Counted from the first letter of the stretch, positions 46,401 to 57,542 are shown. The stretch is 64,000 nucleotides of DNA from Nemertoderma westbladi (GCA_032718475.1 JAUCBJ010008428.1:1-64000), one strand, 5' to 3'. Numbers and translations: made by a program. Notes: generated from the sequence alone by a model not told the origin.

Positions 46401-49400
46401 GGCTACTGATCCCCAATAGTTCCGTACACCTCCCCAATAGTTCCGTGGGCTACTGATCCCCAATAGTTCCGTACTCCTCCCCAATAGTTCCGTACTCCTC
46501 CCCAATAGTTCCGTACTCCTCCCCAATAGTTCCGTAGGCTACTGATCCCCAATAGTTCCGTACTCCTCCCCAATAGTTCCGTACTCCACCACAATAGTTC
46601 CGTAGGCTACTGATCCCCAATAGTTCCGTACTCCTCCCCAATAGTTCCGTACTCCTCCCAATAGTTCCTTACTCCTCCCCAATAGTTCCGTAGGCTACTG
46701 ATCCCTAATAGTTCCGTACTCCTCCCCAATAGTTCCGTACTCCTCCCCAATAGTTCCGTACTCCTCCCAAATAGTTCCGTAGGCTACTGATCCCCAATAG
46801 TTCCGTACTCCTCCCCAATAGTTCTGTAGGCTACTGAACTCCAATAGTTCCGTACTCCTCCCCAATAGTTCCGTAGGCTACTGATCCCCAATAGTTCCGT
46901 ACTCCTCCCCAATAGTTCCGTACTCCTCCCCAATAGTTCCATAGGCTACTGATCCCCAATAGTTCCGTACTCTGCCCCAATAGTTCCGCAGGCTACTGAT
47001 CCCCAATAGTTCCGTACTCCTCCCCAATAGTTCCGTAGGCTACTGATCCCCAATAGTTCCGTATTCCTCCCCAATAGTTCCGTAGGCTACTGATCCCCAA
47101 TAGTTCCGTACTCCTCCCCAATATTTCCGTACTCCTCCCCAATAGTTCCGTAGGCTACTGATCCCCAATAGTTCCGTACTCCTCCCCAATAGTTCCGTAG
47201 GCTACTGATCCCCAATAGTTCCGTTCTCCTCCCCAATAGTTCCGTACTCCTCCCCAATAGTTCCGTACTCCTCCCCAATATTTCCGTACTACTCCCCAAT
47301 AGTTCCGTAGGCTACTGATCCCCAATAGTTCAGTACTCCTCCCCAATAGTTCCGTAGGCTACTGATCCCCAATAGTTCCGTACTCCTCCCCAATAGTTCC
47401 GTACTCCTCCCCAATAGTTCCGTAGGCTACCCCAATAGTTCCGTACTCCTCCCCAATAGTTCCGTAGGCTACTGATCCCCAATAGTTCCGTACTCCTCCC
47501 CAATAGTTCCGTACTCCTCCCCAATAGTTCCGTACTCCTCCCCAATAGTTCCGAACTCCTCCCCAATAGTTCCGTACTCCTCCCTAATAGTTCCGTACTC
47601 CTCCCCAATGGTTCCGTACTCCTCCCCAATAGTTCCGTAGGCTACTGATACCCAATAGTTCTGTACTCCTCCCCAATAGTTCCGTGGGCTACAGATCCCC
47701 AATAGTTCGGTACTCCTCCCCAATAGTTCCGTACTCCTCCCCAATAGTTCCGTACTCCTCCCCAATAGTTGCGTACTCCTCCCCAATAGTTCCGTACTAC
47801 TCCCCAATAGTTCCGTAATCCTCCCCAGTAGTTCCGTACTCCTCCCCAATAGTTCCGTAGGCTACTGATCCCCAATAGTTCCGTACTCCTCCCCAATAGT
47901 TCCGTAGGCTACTGATCCCCAATAGTTCTGTACTCCTCTCCAATAGTTACGTACTCCTCCCCAATAGTTCCTTACTCCTCCCCAATAGTTCCGTAGGCTA
48001 CTGATCCCCAATAGTTCCGTACTCCTCCCCAATAGTTCCGTACTCCTCCCCAATAGTTCCGGAGGCTGCTACTGATCCCCAATAGTTCCGTACTCCTTCC
48101 CAATGGTTCCATAGGCAACTGATCCCCAATAGTTCCGTACTCCTCCCCAATAGTTCCGTACTCCTCCCCAATAATTCCGTACTCCTCCCCAATAGTTCCG
48201 TAGGCTACTGATCCCCAATAGTTCCGTACTCCTCCCCAATAGTTCCGTACTCCTCCCCAATAGTTCCGTAGGCTACTGATCCCCAATAGTTCCGTACTCC
48301 TCCCCAATAGTTCCGTACTCCTCCCCAATAGTTCCGTACTCCTCCCCAATAGTTCCTTACTCCTCCCCAATAGTTCCGTAGGCTACTGATCCCTAATAGT
48401 TCCGTACTCCTCCCCAATAGTTCCGTACTCCTCCCCAATAGTTCCGTACTTCTCCCAAATAGTTCCGTAGGCTACTGATCCCCAATAGTTCCGTACTCCT
48501 CCCCAATAGTTCCGTAGGTTACTGAACTCCAATAGTTCCGTACTCCTCCCCAATAGTTCCGTAGGCTACTGATCCCCAATAGTTCCGTACTCCTCCCCAA
48601 TAGTTCCGTACGCCTCCCCAATAGTTCCGTAGGCTACTGATCCCCAATAGTTCCGTACTCTGCCCCAATAGTTCCGCAGGCTACTGATCCCCAATAGTTC
48701 CGTACTCCTCCCCAATAGTTCCGTAGGCTACTGATCCCCAATAGTTCCGTACTCCTCCCCAATAGTTCCGTAGGCTACTGATCCCCAATAGTTCCGTACT
48801 CCTCCCCAATAGTTCCGTACTCCTCCCCAATAGTTCCGTACTCCTCCCCAATAGTTCCGTACTCCTCCCCAATAGTTCCGTAGGCTACTGATCCCCAATA
48901 GTTCCGTACTCCTCCCCAATAGTTCCGTAGGCTACTGATCCCCAATAGTGCCGTACTCCTCCCCAATAGTTCCGTACTCCTCCCCAATAGTTCCGTACTC
49001 CTCCCCAGTTCCGTAGGCTACTGATCCCCAATAGTTCCGTACTCCTCCCCAATAGTTCCGTAGGCTACTGATCCCCAATAGTTCCGTACTCCTCCCCGAT
49101 AGTTCCGTACTCCTCCCCAATAGTTCCGTACTCCTCCCCAATAGTTCCGTTGGCTACTGATCCCCAATAGTTCCGTACTCCTCCCCAATAGTTCCGTAGG
49201 CTACTGATCCCCAATAGTTCCGTACCCCTCCCCGATAGTTCCGTACTCCTCCCCAATAGTTCCGTACTCCTCCCCAATAGTTCCGTAGGCTACTGATCCC
49301 CAATAGTTTCCGTACTCCTCCCCAATAGTTCCGTAGGCTACTGAACCCCAATAGTTCCGTACTCCTCCCCAATAGTTCCGTAGGCTACTGATCCCCAATA

Positions 49401-51250
49401 GTTCCGTACTCCTCCCCAATAGTTCCGTACTCTTCCCCAATAGTTCCGTACTCCTCCCAAATAGTTCCGTAGGCTACTGATCCCCAATAGTTCCTTACTC
49501 CTCCCCAATAGTTACGTAGGCTACTGAACTCCAATAGTTCCGTACTCCTCCCCAATAGTTCCGTAGGCTACTGATCCCCAATAGTTCCGTACTCCTCCCC
49601 AATAGTTCCGTAGGCTACTGATCCCCAATAGTTCCGTACTCTGCCCCAATAGTTCCACAGGCTACTGATCCCCAATAGTTCCGTACTCCTCCCCAATAGT
49701 TCCGTAGGCTACTGATCCCCAATAGTTCCGTACTCCCCCCCAATAGTTCCGTAGGCTACAGATCCCCAATAGTTCCGTACTCCTCCCCAATAGTTCCGTA
49801 CTCCTCCCCAATAGTTCCGTACTCCTCCCCAATAGTTCCGTAGGCTACTGATCCCCAATAGTTCCGTACACCTCCCCAATAGTTCCGTAGGCTACTGAAC
49901 CCCAATAGTGCCGTACTCCTCCCCAATAGTTCCGTACTCCTTCCCAATAGTTCCGTACTCCTCCCCAATAGTTCCGTACTCCTCCCCAGTTCCGTAGGCT
50001 ACTGATCCCCAATAGTTCCGTACTCCTCCCCAATAGTTCCGTACTCCTCCCCAATAGTTCCTTACTCCTCCCCAATAGTTCCGTAGGCTACTGATCCCCA
50101 ATAGTTCCGTACTCTGCCCCAATAGTTCCGTAGGCTACTGATCCCCAATAGTTCCGTACTCCTCCCCAATAGTTCCGTACTCCTCCCCAATAGTTCCGTA
50201 CTCCTCCCCAATAGTTCCGTAGGCTACTGATCCCCAATAGTTCCGTACTCTGCCCCAATAGTTCCGTACTCCTCCCCAATAGTTCCGTACTCCTCCCCAA
50301 TAGTTCCGTAGGCTACTGATCCCCAATAGTTCCGTACTCTGCCCCAATAGTTCCGTAGGCTACTGATCCCCAATAGTTCCGTACTCCTCCCCAATAGTTC
50401 CGTAGGCTACTGATCCCCAATAGTGCCGTACTCCTCCCCAATAGTTCCGTACTCCTCCCCAATAGTTCCGTACTCCTCCCCAATAGTTCCGTACTCCTCC
50501 CCAGTTCCGTAGGCTACTGATCCCCAATAGTTCCGTACTCCTCCCCAATAGTTCCGTAGGCTACTGATCCCCAATAGTTCCGTACTCCTCCCCAATAGTT
50601 CCGTACTCCTCCCCAATAGTTCCGTACTCCTCCCCAATAGTTCCGTACTCCTCCCCATTAGTTCCGTTGGCTACTGATCCCCAATAGTTCCGTACTCCTC
50701 CCCAATAGTTCCGTAGGCTACTGATCCCCAATAGTTCCATACTCCTCCCCAATAGTTCCGTACTCCTCCCCAATAGTTCCTTACTCCTCCCCAATAGTTC
50801 CGTAGGCTACTGATCCCTAATAGTTCCGTACTCCTCCCCAATAGTTCCGTACTCCTCCCCAATAGTTCCGTACTCCTCCCCAATAGTTCCGTAGGCTACT
50901 GATCCCCAATAGTTCCGTACTCCTCCCCAATAGTTCCGTAGGCTACTGATCCCCAATAGTTCTGTACTCCTCCCCAATAGTTACGTACTCCTCCCCAATA
51001 GTTCCTTACTCCTCCCCAATAGTTCCGTAGGCTACTGATCCCCAATAGTTCCGTACTCCTCCCCAATAGTTCCGTACTCCTTCCCAATGGTTCCATAGGC
51101 TACTGATCCCCAATAGTTCCGTACTCCTCCCCAATAGTTCCGTACTCCTCCCCAATAATTCCGTACTCCTCCCCAATAGTTCCGTAGGCTACTGATCCCC
51201 AATAGTTCCGTACTCCTCCCCAATAGTTCCGTACTCCTCCCCAATAGTTC
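31445..51250. repeat. About 9.8-kb tandem higher-order duplication (about 31445-41270 vs 41270-51100) with nested 623-, 436- and 487-bp duplications
   Basis: Rare markers recur at offset 9758: CCCACTCCCC 32698/42456, GGCTGCTACT 33941/43699, CGAAAGTTCC 35321/45079, GGCTACCCCAA 37667/47425. The offset is 9826 at the ends (31652/41478, 41070/50896). Nested offsets are 32736/33359, 34751/35187 and 35765/36252. Confidence 0.92.
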
Positions 51251-54200
51251 CGTAGGCTACTGATCCCCAATAGTTCCGTACTCCTCCCCAATAGTACCGT
51301 ACTCCTCCCCAATAGTTCCGTACTCCTCCCCAATAGTTCCTTACTCCTCCCCAATAGTTCCGTAGGCTACTGATCCCTAATAGTTCCGTACTCCTCCCCA
51401 ATAGTTCCGTACTCCTCCCCAATAGTTCCGTACTCCTCCCAAATAGTTCTGTAGGCTACTGATCCCCAATAGTTCCGTACTCCTCCCCAATAGTTCCGTA
51501 GGCTACTGAACTCCAATAGTTCCGTACTCCTCCCCAATAGTTCCGTAGGCTACTGATCCCCAATAGTTCCGTACTCCTCCCCAATAGTTCCGTACTCCTC
51601 CCCAATAGTTCCGTAGGCTACTGATCCCCAATAGTTCCGTACTCTGCCCCAATAGTTCCGCAGGCTACTGATCCCCAATAGTTCCGTACTCCTCCCCAAT
51701 AGTTCCGTAGGCTACTGATCCCCAATAGTTCCGTACTCCTCCCCAATAGTTCCGTAGGCTACTGATCCCCAATAGTTCCGTACTCCTCCCCAATAGTTCC
51801 GTACGCCTCCCCAATAGTTCCGTACTCCTCCCCAATAGTTCCGTACTCCTCCCCAATAGTTCCGTAGACTACTGATCCCCAATAGTTCCGTACTCCTCCC
51901 CAATAGTTCCGTAGGCTACTGATCCCCAATAGTGCCGTACTCCTCCCCAATAGTTCCGTACTCCTCCCCAATAGTTCCGTACTCCTCCCCAGTTCCGTAG
52001 GCTACTGATCCCCAATAGTTCCGTACTCCTCCCCAATAGTTCCGTAGGCTATTGATCCCCAATAGTTCCGTACTCCTCCCCGATAGTTCCGTACTCCTCC
52101 CCAATAGTTCCGTACTCCTCCCCAATAGTTCCGTTGGCTACTGATCCCCAATAGTTCCGTACTCCTCCCCAATAGTTCCGTAGGCTACTGATCCCCAATA
52201 GTTCCGTACTCCTCCCCAATAGTTCCGTAGGCTACTGAACCCCAATAGTTCCGTACTCCTCCCCAATAGTTCCGTAGGCTACTGATCCCCAATAGTTCCG
52301 TACTCCTCCCCAATAGTTCCGTACTCCTCCCCAATAGTTCCGTACTCCTCCCAAATAGTTCCGTAGGCTACTGATCCCCAATAGTTCCGTACTCCTCCCC
52401 AATAGTTCCGTAGGCTACTGAACTCCAATAGTTCCGTACTCCTCCCCAATAGTTCCGTAGGCTACTGATCCCCAATAGTTCCGTACTCCTCCCCAATAGT
52501 TCCGTACTCCTCCCCAATAGTTCCGTAGGCTACTGATCCCCAATAGTTCCGTACTCTGCCCCAATAGTTCCACATGCTACTGATCCCCAATAGTTCCGTA
52601 CTCCTCCCCAATAGTTCCGTAGGCTACTGATCCCCAATAGTTCCGTACTCCTCCCCAATAGTTCTGTAGGCTACTGATCCCCAATAGTTCCGTACTCCTC
52701 CCCAATAGTTCCGTACTCCTCCCCAATAGTTCCGTACTCCTCCCCAATAGTTCCGTACTCCTCCCCAATAGTTCCGTAGGCTACTGATCCCCAATAGTTC
52801 CGTACTCCTCCCCAATAGTTCCGTAGGCTACTGAACCCCAATAGTTCCGTACTCCTCCCCAATAGTTCCGTAGGCTACTGATCCCCAATAGTTCCGTACT
52901 CCTCCCCAATAGTTCCGTAGGTTACTGAACTCCAATAGTTCCGTACTCCTCCCCAATAGTTCCGTAGGCTACTGAACCCCAATAGTGCCGTACTCCTCCC
53001 CAATAGTTCCGTACTCCTCCCCAATAGTTCCGTACTCCTCCCCAATAGTTCCGTACTCCTCCCCAATAGTTCCGTACTCCTCCCCAATAGTTCCGTACTC
53101 CTCCCCAATAGTTCCGTAGGCTACTGATCCCCAATAGTTCCGTACTCTGCCCCAATAGTTCCACAGGCTACTCCTCCCCAATAGTTCCGTACTCCTCCCC
53201 AATAGTTCCGTAGGCTACTTATCCTCAATAGTTCCGTACTCTGCCCCAATAGTTCCGTAGGCTACTGATCCCCAATAGTGCCGTACTCCTCCCCAATAGT
53301 TCCTTACTCCTCCCCAATAGTTCCGTAGGCTACTGATCCCTAATAGTTCCGTACTCCTCCCCAATAGTTCCGTACTCCTCCCCAATAGTTCCGTACTCCT
53401 CCCAAATAGTTCCGTAGGCTACTGATCCCCAATAGTTCCGTACTCCTCCCCAATAGTTCCGTAGGCTACTGAACTCCAATAGTTCCGTACTCCTCCCCAA
53501 TAGTTCCGTAGGCTACTGATCCCCAATAGTTCCGTACTCCTCCCCAATAGTTCCGTACTCCTCCCCAATAGTTCCGTAGGCTACTGATCCCCAATAGTTC
53601 CGTACTCTGCCCCAATAGTTCCGCAGGCTACTGATCCCCAATAGTTCCGTACTCCTCCCCAATAGTTCCGTAGGCTACTGATCCCCAATAGTTCCGTACT
53701 CCTCCCCAATAGTTCCGTAGGCTACTGATCCCCAATAGTGCCGTACTCCTCCCCAATAGTTCCGTACTTTTTCCCAATAGTTCCGTACTCCTCCCCAATA
53801 GTTCCGTACTCCTCCCCAGTTCCGTAGGCTACTGATCCCCAATAGTTCCGTACTCCTCCCCAATAGTTCCGTAGGCTACTGATCCCCAATAGTTCCGTAC
53901 TCCTCCCCGATAGTTCCGTAGTCCTCCCCAATAGTTCCGTACTCCTCCCCAATAGTTCCGTTGGCTACTGATCCCCAATAGTTCCGTACTCCTCCCCAAT
54001 AGTTCCGTAGGCTACTGATCCCCAATAGTTCCGTACTCCTCCCCAATAGTTCCGTACTCCTCCCCAATAGTTCCGTACTCCTCCCCAATAGTTCCGTACT
54101 CCTCCCCAATAGTTCCGTACTCCTCCCAAATAGTTCCGTAGGCTACTGAACTCCATTAGTTCCGTACTCCTCCCCAATAGTTCCGTAGGCTACTGATCCC

Positions 54201-56332
54201 CAATAGTTCCGTACTCCTCCCCAATAGTTCCGTACTCCTCCCCAATAGTTCCGTAGGCTACTGATCCCCAATAGTTCCGTACTCTGCCCCAATAGTTCCA
54301 CAGGCTACTGATCCCCAATAGTTCCGTACTCCTCCCCAATAGTTCCGTAGGCTACTGATCCCCAATAGTTCCGTACTCCTCCCCAATAGTTCTGTAGGCT
54401 ACTGATCCCCAATAGTTCCGTACTCCTCCCCAATAGTTCCGTACTCCTCCCCAATAGTTCCGTACTCCTCCCCAATAGTTCCGTACTCCTCCCCAATAGT
54501 TCCGTAGGCTACTGATCCCCAATAGTTCCGTACTCCTCCCCAATAGTTCCGTAGGCTACTGAACCCCAATAGTGCCGTACTCCTCCCCAATAGTTCCGTA
54601 CTCCTCCCCAATAGTTCCGTACTCCTCCCCAATAGTTCCGTACTCCTCCCAAGTTCCGTAGGCTACTGATCCCCAATAGTTCCGTACTCCTCCCCAATAG
54701 TTCCGTACTCCTCCCCAATAGTTCCGTAGGCTACTGATCCCCAATAGTTCCGTACTCTGCCCCAATAGTTCCGTAGGCTACTGATCCCCAATAGTTCCGT
54801 AGGCTACTGATCCCCAATAGTTCCGTACTCCTCCCCAATAGTTCCGTAGGCTACTGATCCCCAATAGTGCCGTACTCCTCCCCAATAGTTCCGTACTCCT
54901 CCCCAATAGTTCCGTACTCCTCCCCAATAGTTCCGTACTCCTCCCCAATAGTTCCGTAGGCTACTGATCCCCAATAGTTCCGTACTCCTCCCCAATAGTT
55001 CCGTACTCCTCCCCAATAGTTCCGTACTCCTCCCCAATAGTTCCGTACTCCTCCCCAATAGTTCCGTACTCCTCCCCAATAGTTCCGTACTCCTCCCCAA
55101 TAATTCCGTACTCCTCCCCAATAGTTCCGTTGGCTACTAATCCCCAATAGTTCCGTACTCCTCCCCAATAGTTCCGTAGGCTACTGATCCCCAATAGTTC
55201 CGTACTCCTCCCCAATAGTTCCGTACTCCTCCCCAATAGTTCCTTACTCCTCCCCAATAGTTCCGTAGGCTACTGATCCCTAATAGTTCCGTACTCCTCC
55301 CCAATAGTTCCGTACTCCTCCCCAATAGTTCCGTAATCCTCCCAAGTAGTTCCGTAGGCTACTGATCCCCAATAGTTCCGTACTCCTCCCCAATAGTTCC
55401 GTATTCCTCCCCAATAGTTCCGTAGGCTACTGATCCCCAATAGTTCCGTAGGCTACTGATCCCCAATAGTTCCGTAGGCTACTGATCCCCAATATTTCCG
55501 TAGGCTACTGATCCCCAATAGTTCCGTAGGCTACTGATCCCCAATAGTTCCGTAGGCTACATATCCCCAATAGTTCCGTACTCCTCCCCAATAGTTCCGT
55601 AGGCTACTGATCCCCAATAGTTCCGTACTCCTTCCCAATAGTTCCGTACTCCTCCCCAATAGTTCCGTACTCCTCCCCAATAGTTTCGTACTCCTCTCCA
55701 ATAGTTCCGTACTCCTCCCCAGTTCCGTAGGCTACTGATCCCCAATAGTTCCGTACTCCTCCCCAATAGTTCCGTACTCCTCCCCAATAGTTCCGTAGGC
55801 TACTGATCCCCAATACTTCCGTACTCCTCCCCAATACTTCCGTACTCCTCCCCAATAGTTCCGTACTCCTCCCCAATAGTTCCGTACTCCTCCCCAATAG
55901 TTCCGTAGGCTACTGATCCCCAATAGTTCCGTACTCCTCCCCAATAGTTCCGTACTCTTCCCCAATAGTTCCGTAGGCTACTGATCCCCAATAGTTCCGT
56001 ACTTTTAAACCACGGGATTCCGGCCAGTCACCGGATATTGGGAGTGGAGAAGGAGTACTTTCTTAAATGCAGGATTGCGGTTGAGAAAAGGTTGCATTAG
56101 TTGGATATAATCGTTTAATGTAACTTTCCTACAGAGAATTGATTGATTGAGAATAAGTTGGGCTTCCCCAAACCAATATACACCAAATATTCACAATAAT
56201 ATATGACAATATAAATTCCTACAGTACATTATTTAATTACCCACTGTTCACTTTAGATTTTAACCTAACTAATGTTCCCCAATTTCCCTCGGTCCTAGTC
56301 TCGGTACCGTGGTGTCGGTGTCGGTCGACCCT

Positions 56333-56915
56333 GTTGCGTGTCCGTCCCACCCTTCCCGAACCCCGAAGGGATCGGTCATCAGGAGAGCGGTATGGCTTGG
56401 CTAAGGGTCGGTCAAGTCGGTAGACCCGGTTGCGTGTCCGTCCCACCCTTCCCGAACCCTGAAGGGATCGGTCATCAGGAGAGCGGTATGGCTTGGCTAA
56501 GGGTCGGTCAAGTCGGTAGACCCGGTTGCGTGTCCGTCCCACCCTTCCCGAACCCCGAAGGGATCGGTCATCGGGAAAGCGGTACGGCTTGGCTAGGGGT
56601 CTGTCGAGTCGGTGGACCCGTTTGCGTGTCCATCCCACCCTTCCCGAACCCCGAAGAGATCGGTCATCAGGAAAACGGTACGGCTTGGCTAGGGGTCCGT
56701 CGGTTCATCACAGGGACCCAACCACCTAAGCTTTCCAAATCCTTTTCAGGCTCGTAGTCGCTTCGGTAGCCAAGAAGCTGCTCCAAACAGTCGGTAGGCC
56801 AGTGGAGTCCGGTCCTTTGTCATTCGACCCAGTTGCGTGTCCGTCCCACCCTTCCCGAACCCCAAAGGGATCGGTCAAAAGGAAAGCGGTACGGCTTGGC
56901 AAGGGGTTTGTCAGC
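56333..56915. repeat. 96-bp tandem repeat (about 3.8 copies from 56333) plus a diverged copy at 56832
   Basis: GTTGCGTGTCCGTCCCACCCTTCCCGAACC... starts at 56333, 56429, 56525, 56621 (T variant) and 56832. Confidence 0.95.
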
Positions 56916-57240
56916 CCATCGTGAGTCCCAACTGTTGGTAGTTTTCTGAGTCCTTATTCAGGCTCGTACTAACGCTGGTCGTGGAACCCACTCCAGGAAG
57001 GCAGTCCTCGTCAAACCCTTCTTCCGTTTAGTCAGTCGACCCATCGCGAGTCCCTGGCGTAGTCGGCAAGCTTTCCAAGTCCTTATTCAGGCTTGTAATA
57101 AATGCCAGTGACCAGGGACCGCTAAGGATCTGTCTGTCGGTTCCCGTCGCAAATCCCTGACACAAGCAGCAGACTTTCCGAGTCCTTATTCAGGTTCGTA
57201 ATAACTGCTGTTGGCCAGGGACCGCTAAGGGCAGTCCTTG
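56728..57240. repeat. Four dispersed copies of a ~25-bp motif TTCC(G/A)AGTCCTT(A)TTCAGGCTCGTA within the LTR
   Basis: Copies at about 56733, 56944, 57073 and 57176. The last two continue with a shared CCAGGGACCGCTAAGG. Confidence 0.85.
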
Positions 57241-57542
57241 TCCCTAGGCCTAGCAAGTTACCAAATCCACCTCTACAAGCCGCAAGAAGTTGGCTAGGCC
57301 TAATAGTATTCAGGTAAACCTGAGTACTGCTTAATTTTGCCTCCCACCCTTGGCCCTTAAATATCTGACATGAGTCCCGCACCCTGTAAGTCGCCCCAAT
57401 ATTCGCCCGTAAATCGCCCCCAGTCCATTGAATGTACCCAAATTCCATGTTCCCACACCAAGTATTGATATTGGAATATTCATTTCAAATAAATCCGAAA
57501 AATATTCAACTCGCGTTAAGAAAAGTTGAAATACCGCGAACA

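Larger units (their letters stand above)
1..56003. repeat. Dimorphic tandem satellite array: 21-bp monomer A and 26-bp monomer B sharing the core TCCCCAATAGTTCCGTA, arranged B(A)0-12; open at the left window edge
   Basis: Read directly. Both monomers recur head-to-tail in one orientation (C-rich + strand) with no intervening unique DNA until ...ATAGTTCCGTACT|TTTAAAC at 56003. Roughly 2,400-2,500 monomers, estimated from length and not counted. Confidence 0.99.
56004..57542 (-). repeat. Putative 3' LTR; start well defined, end uncertain
   Basis: The minus strand reads G20-AC-TGTTCGCGG at 57564-57534, the usual PPT/TG arrangement. Candidate CA ends are GGGAACA (56273), TGAACA (56245) and GTTACA (56119), or the LTR is truncated at the array. 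The partner 5' LTR is outside the window. Confidence 0.7.

Noticed and set aside
178-55991. Hundreds of short ORFs (GRSTELL / GGVRNYW / EEYGTIG and YSSPIVP repeats)
   Set aside because: They are translations of the satellite. The 21-bp monomer is stop-free on the minus strand, B shifts frame and supplies the stop, and starts are mostly TTG. They overlap in all three frames.
1-56003. CRISPR array (constant core with alternating inserts)
   Set aside because: The inserts are two fixed 4- and 9-bp sequences rather than unique spacers. There are no cas genes or leader, and the context is eukaryotic.
1-56003. Resemblance of GTACGGA to Candida/Kluyveromyces telomere repeats
   Set aside because: Only about 7 bp are shared. 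The adjacent BEL/Pao element and the array size argue against a budding-yeast origin.
55999-56080. Weak direct repeat GTACTTT..TAAA...GGATT.CGG at 55999 and 56055
   Set aside because: Short, gapped and AT-rich; cannot be distinguished from chance by eye.
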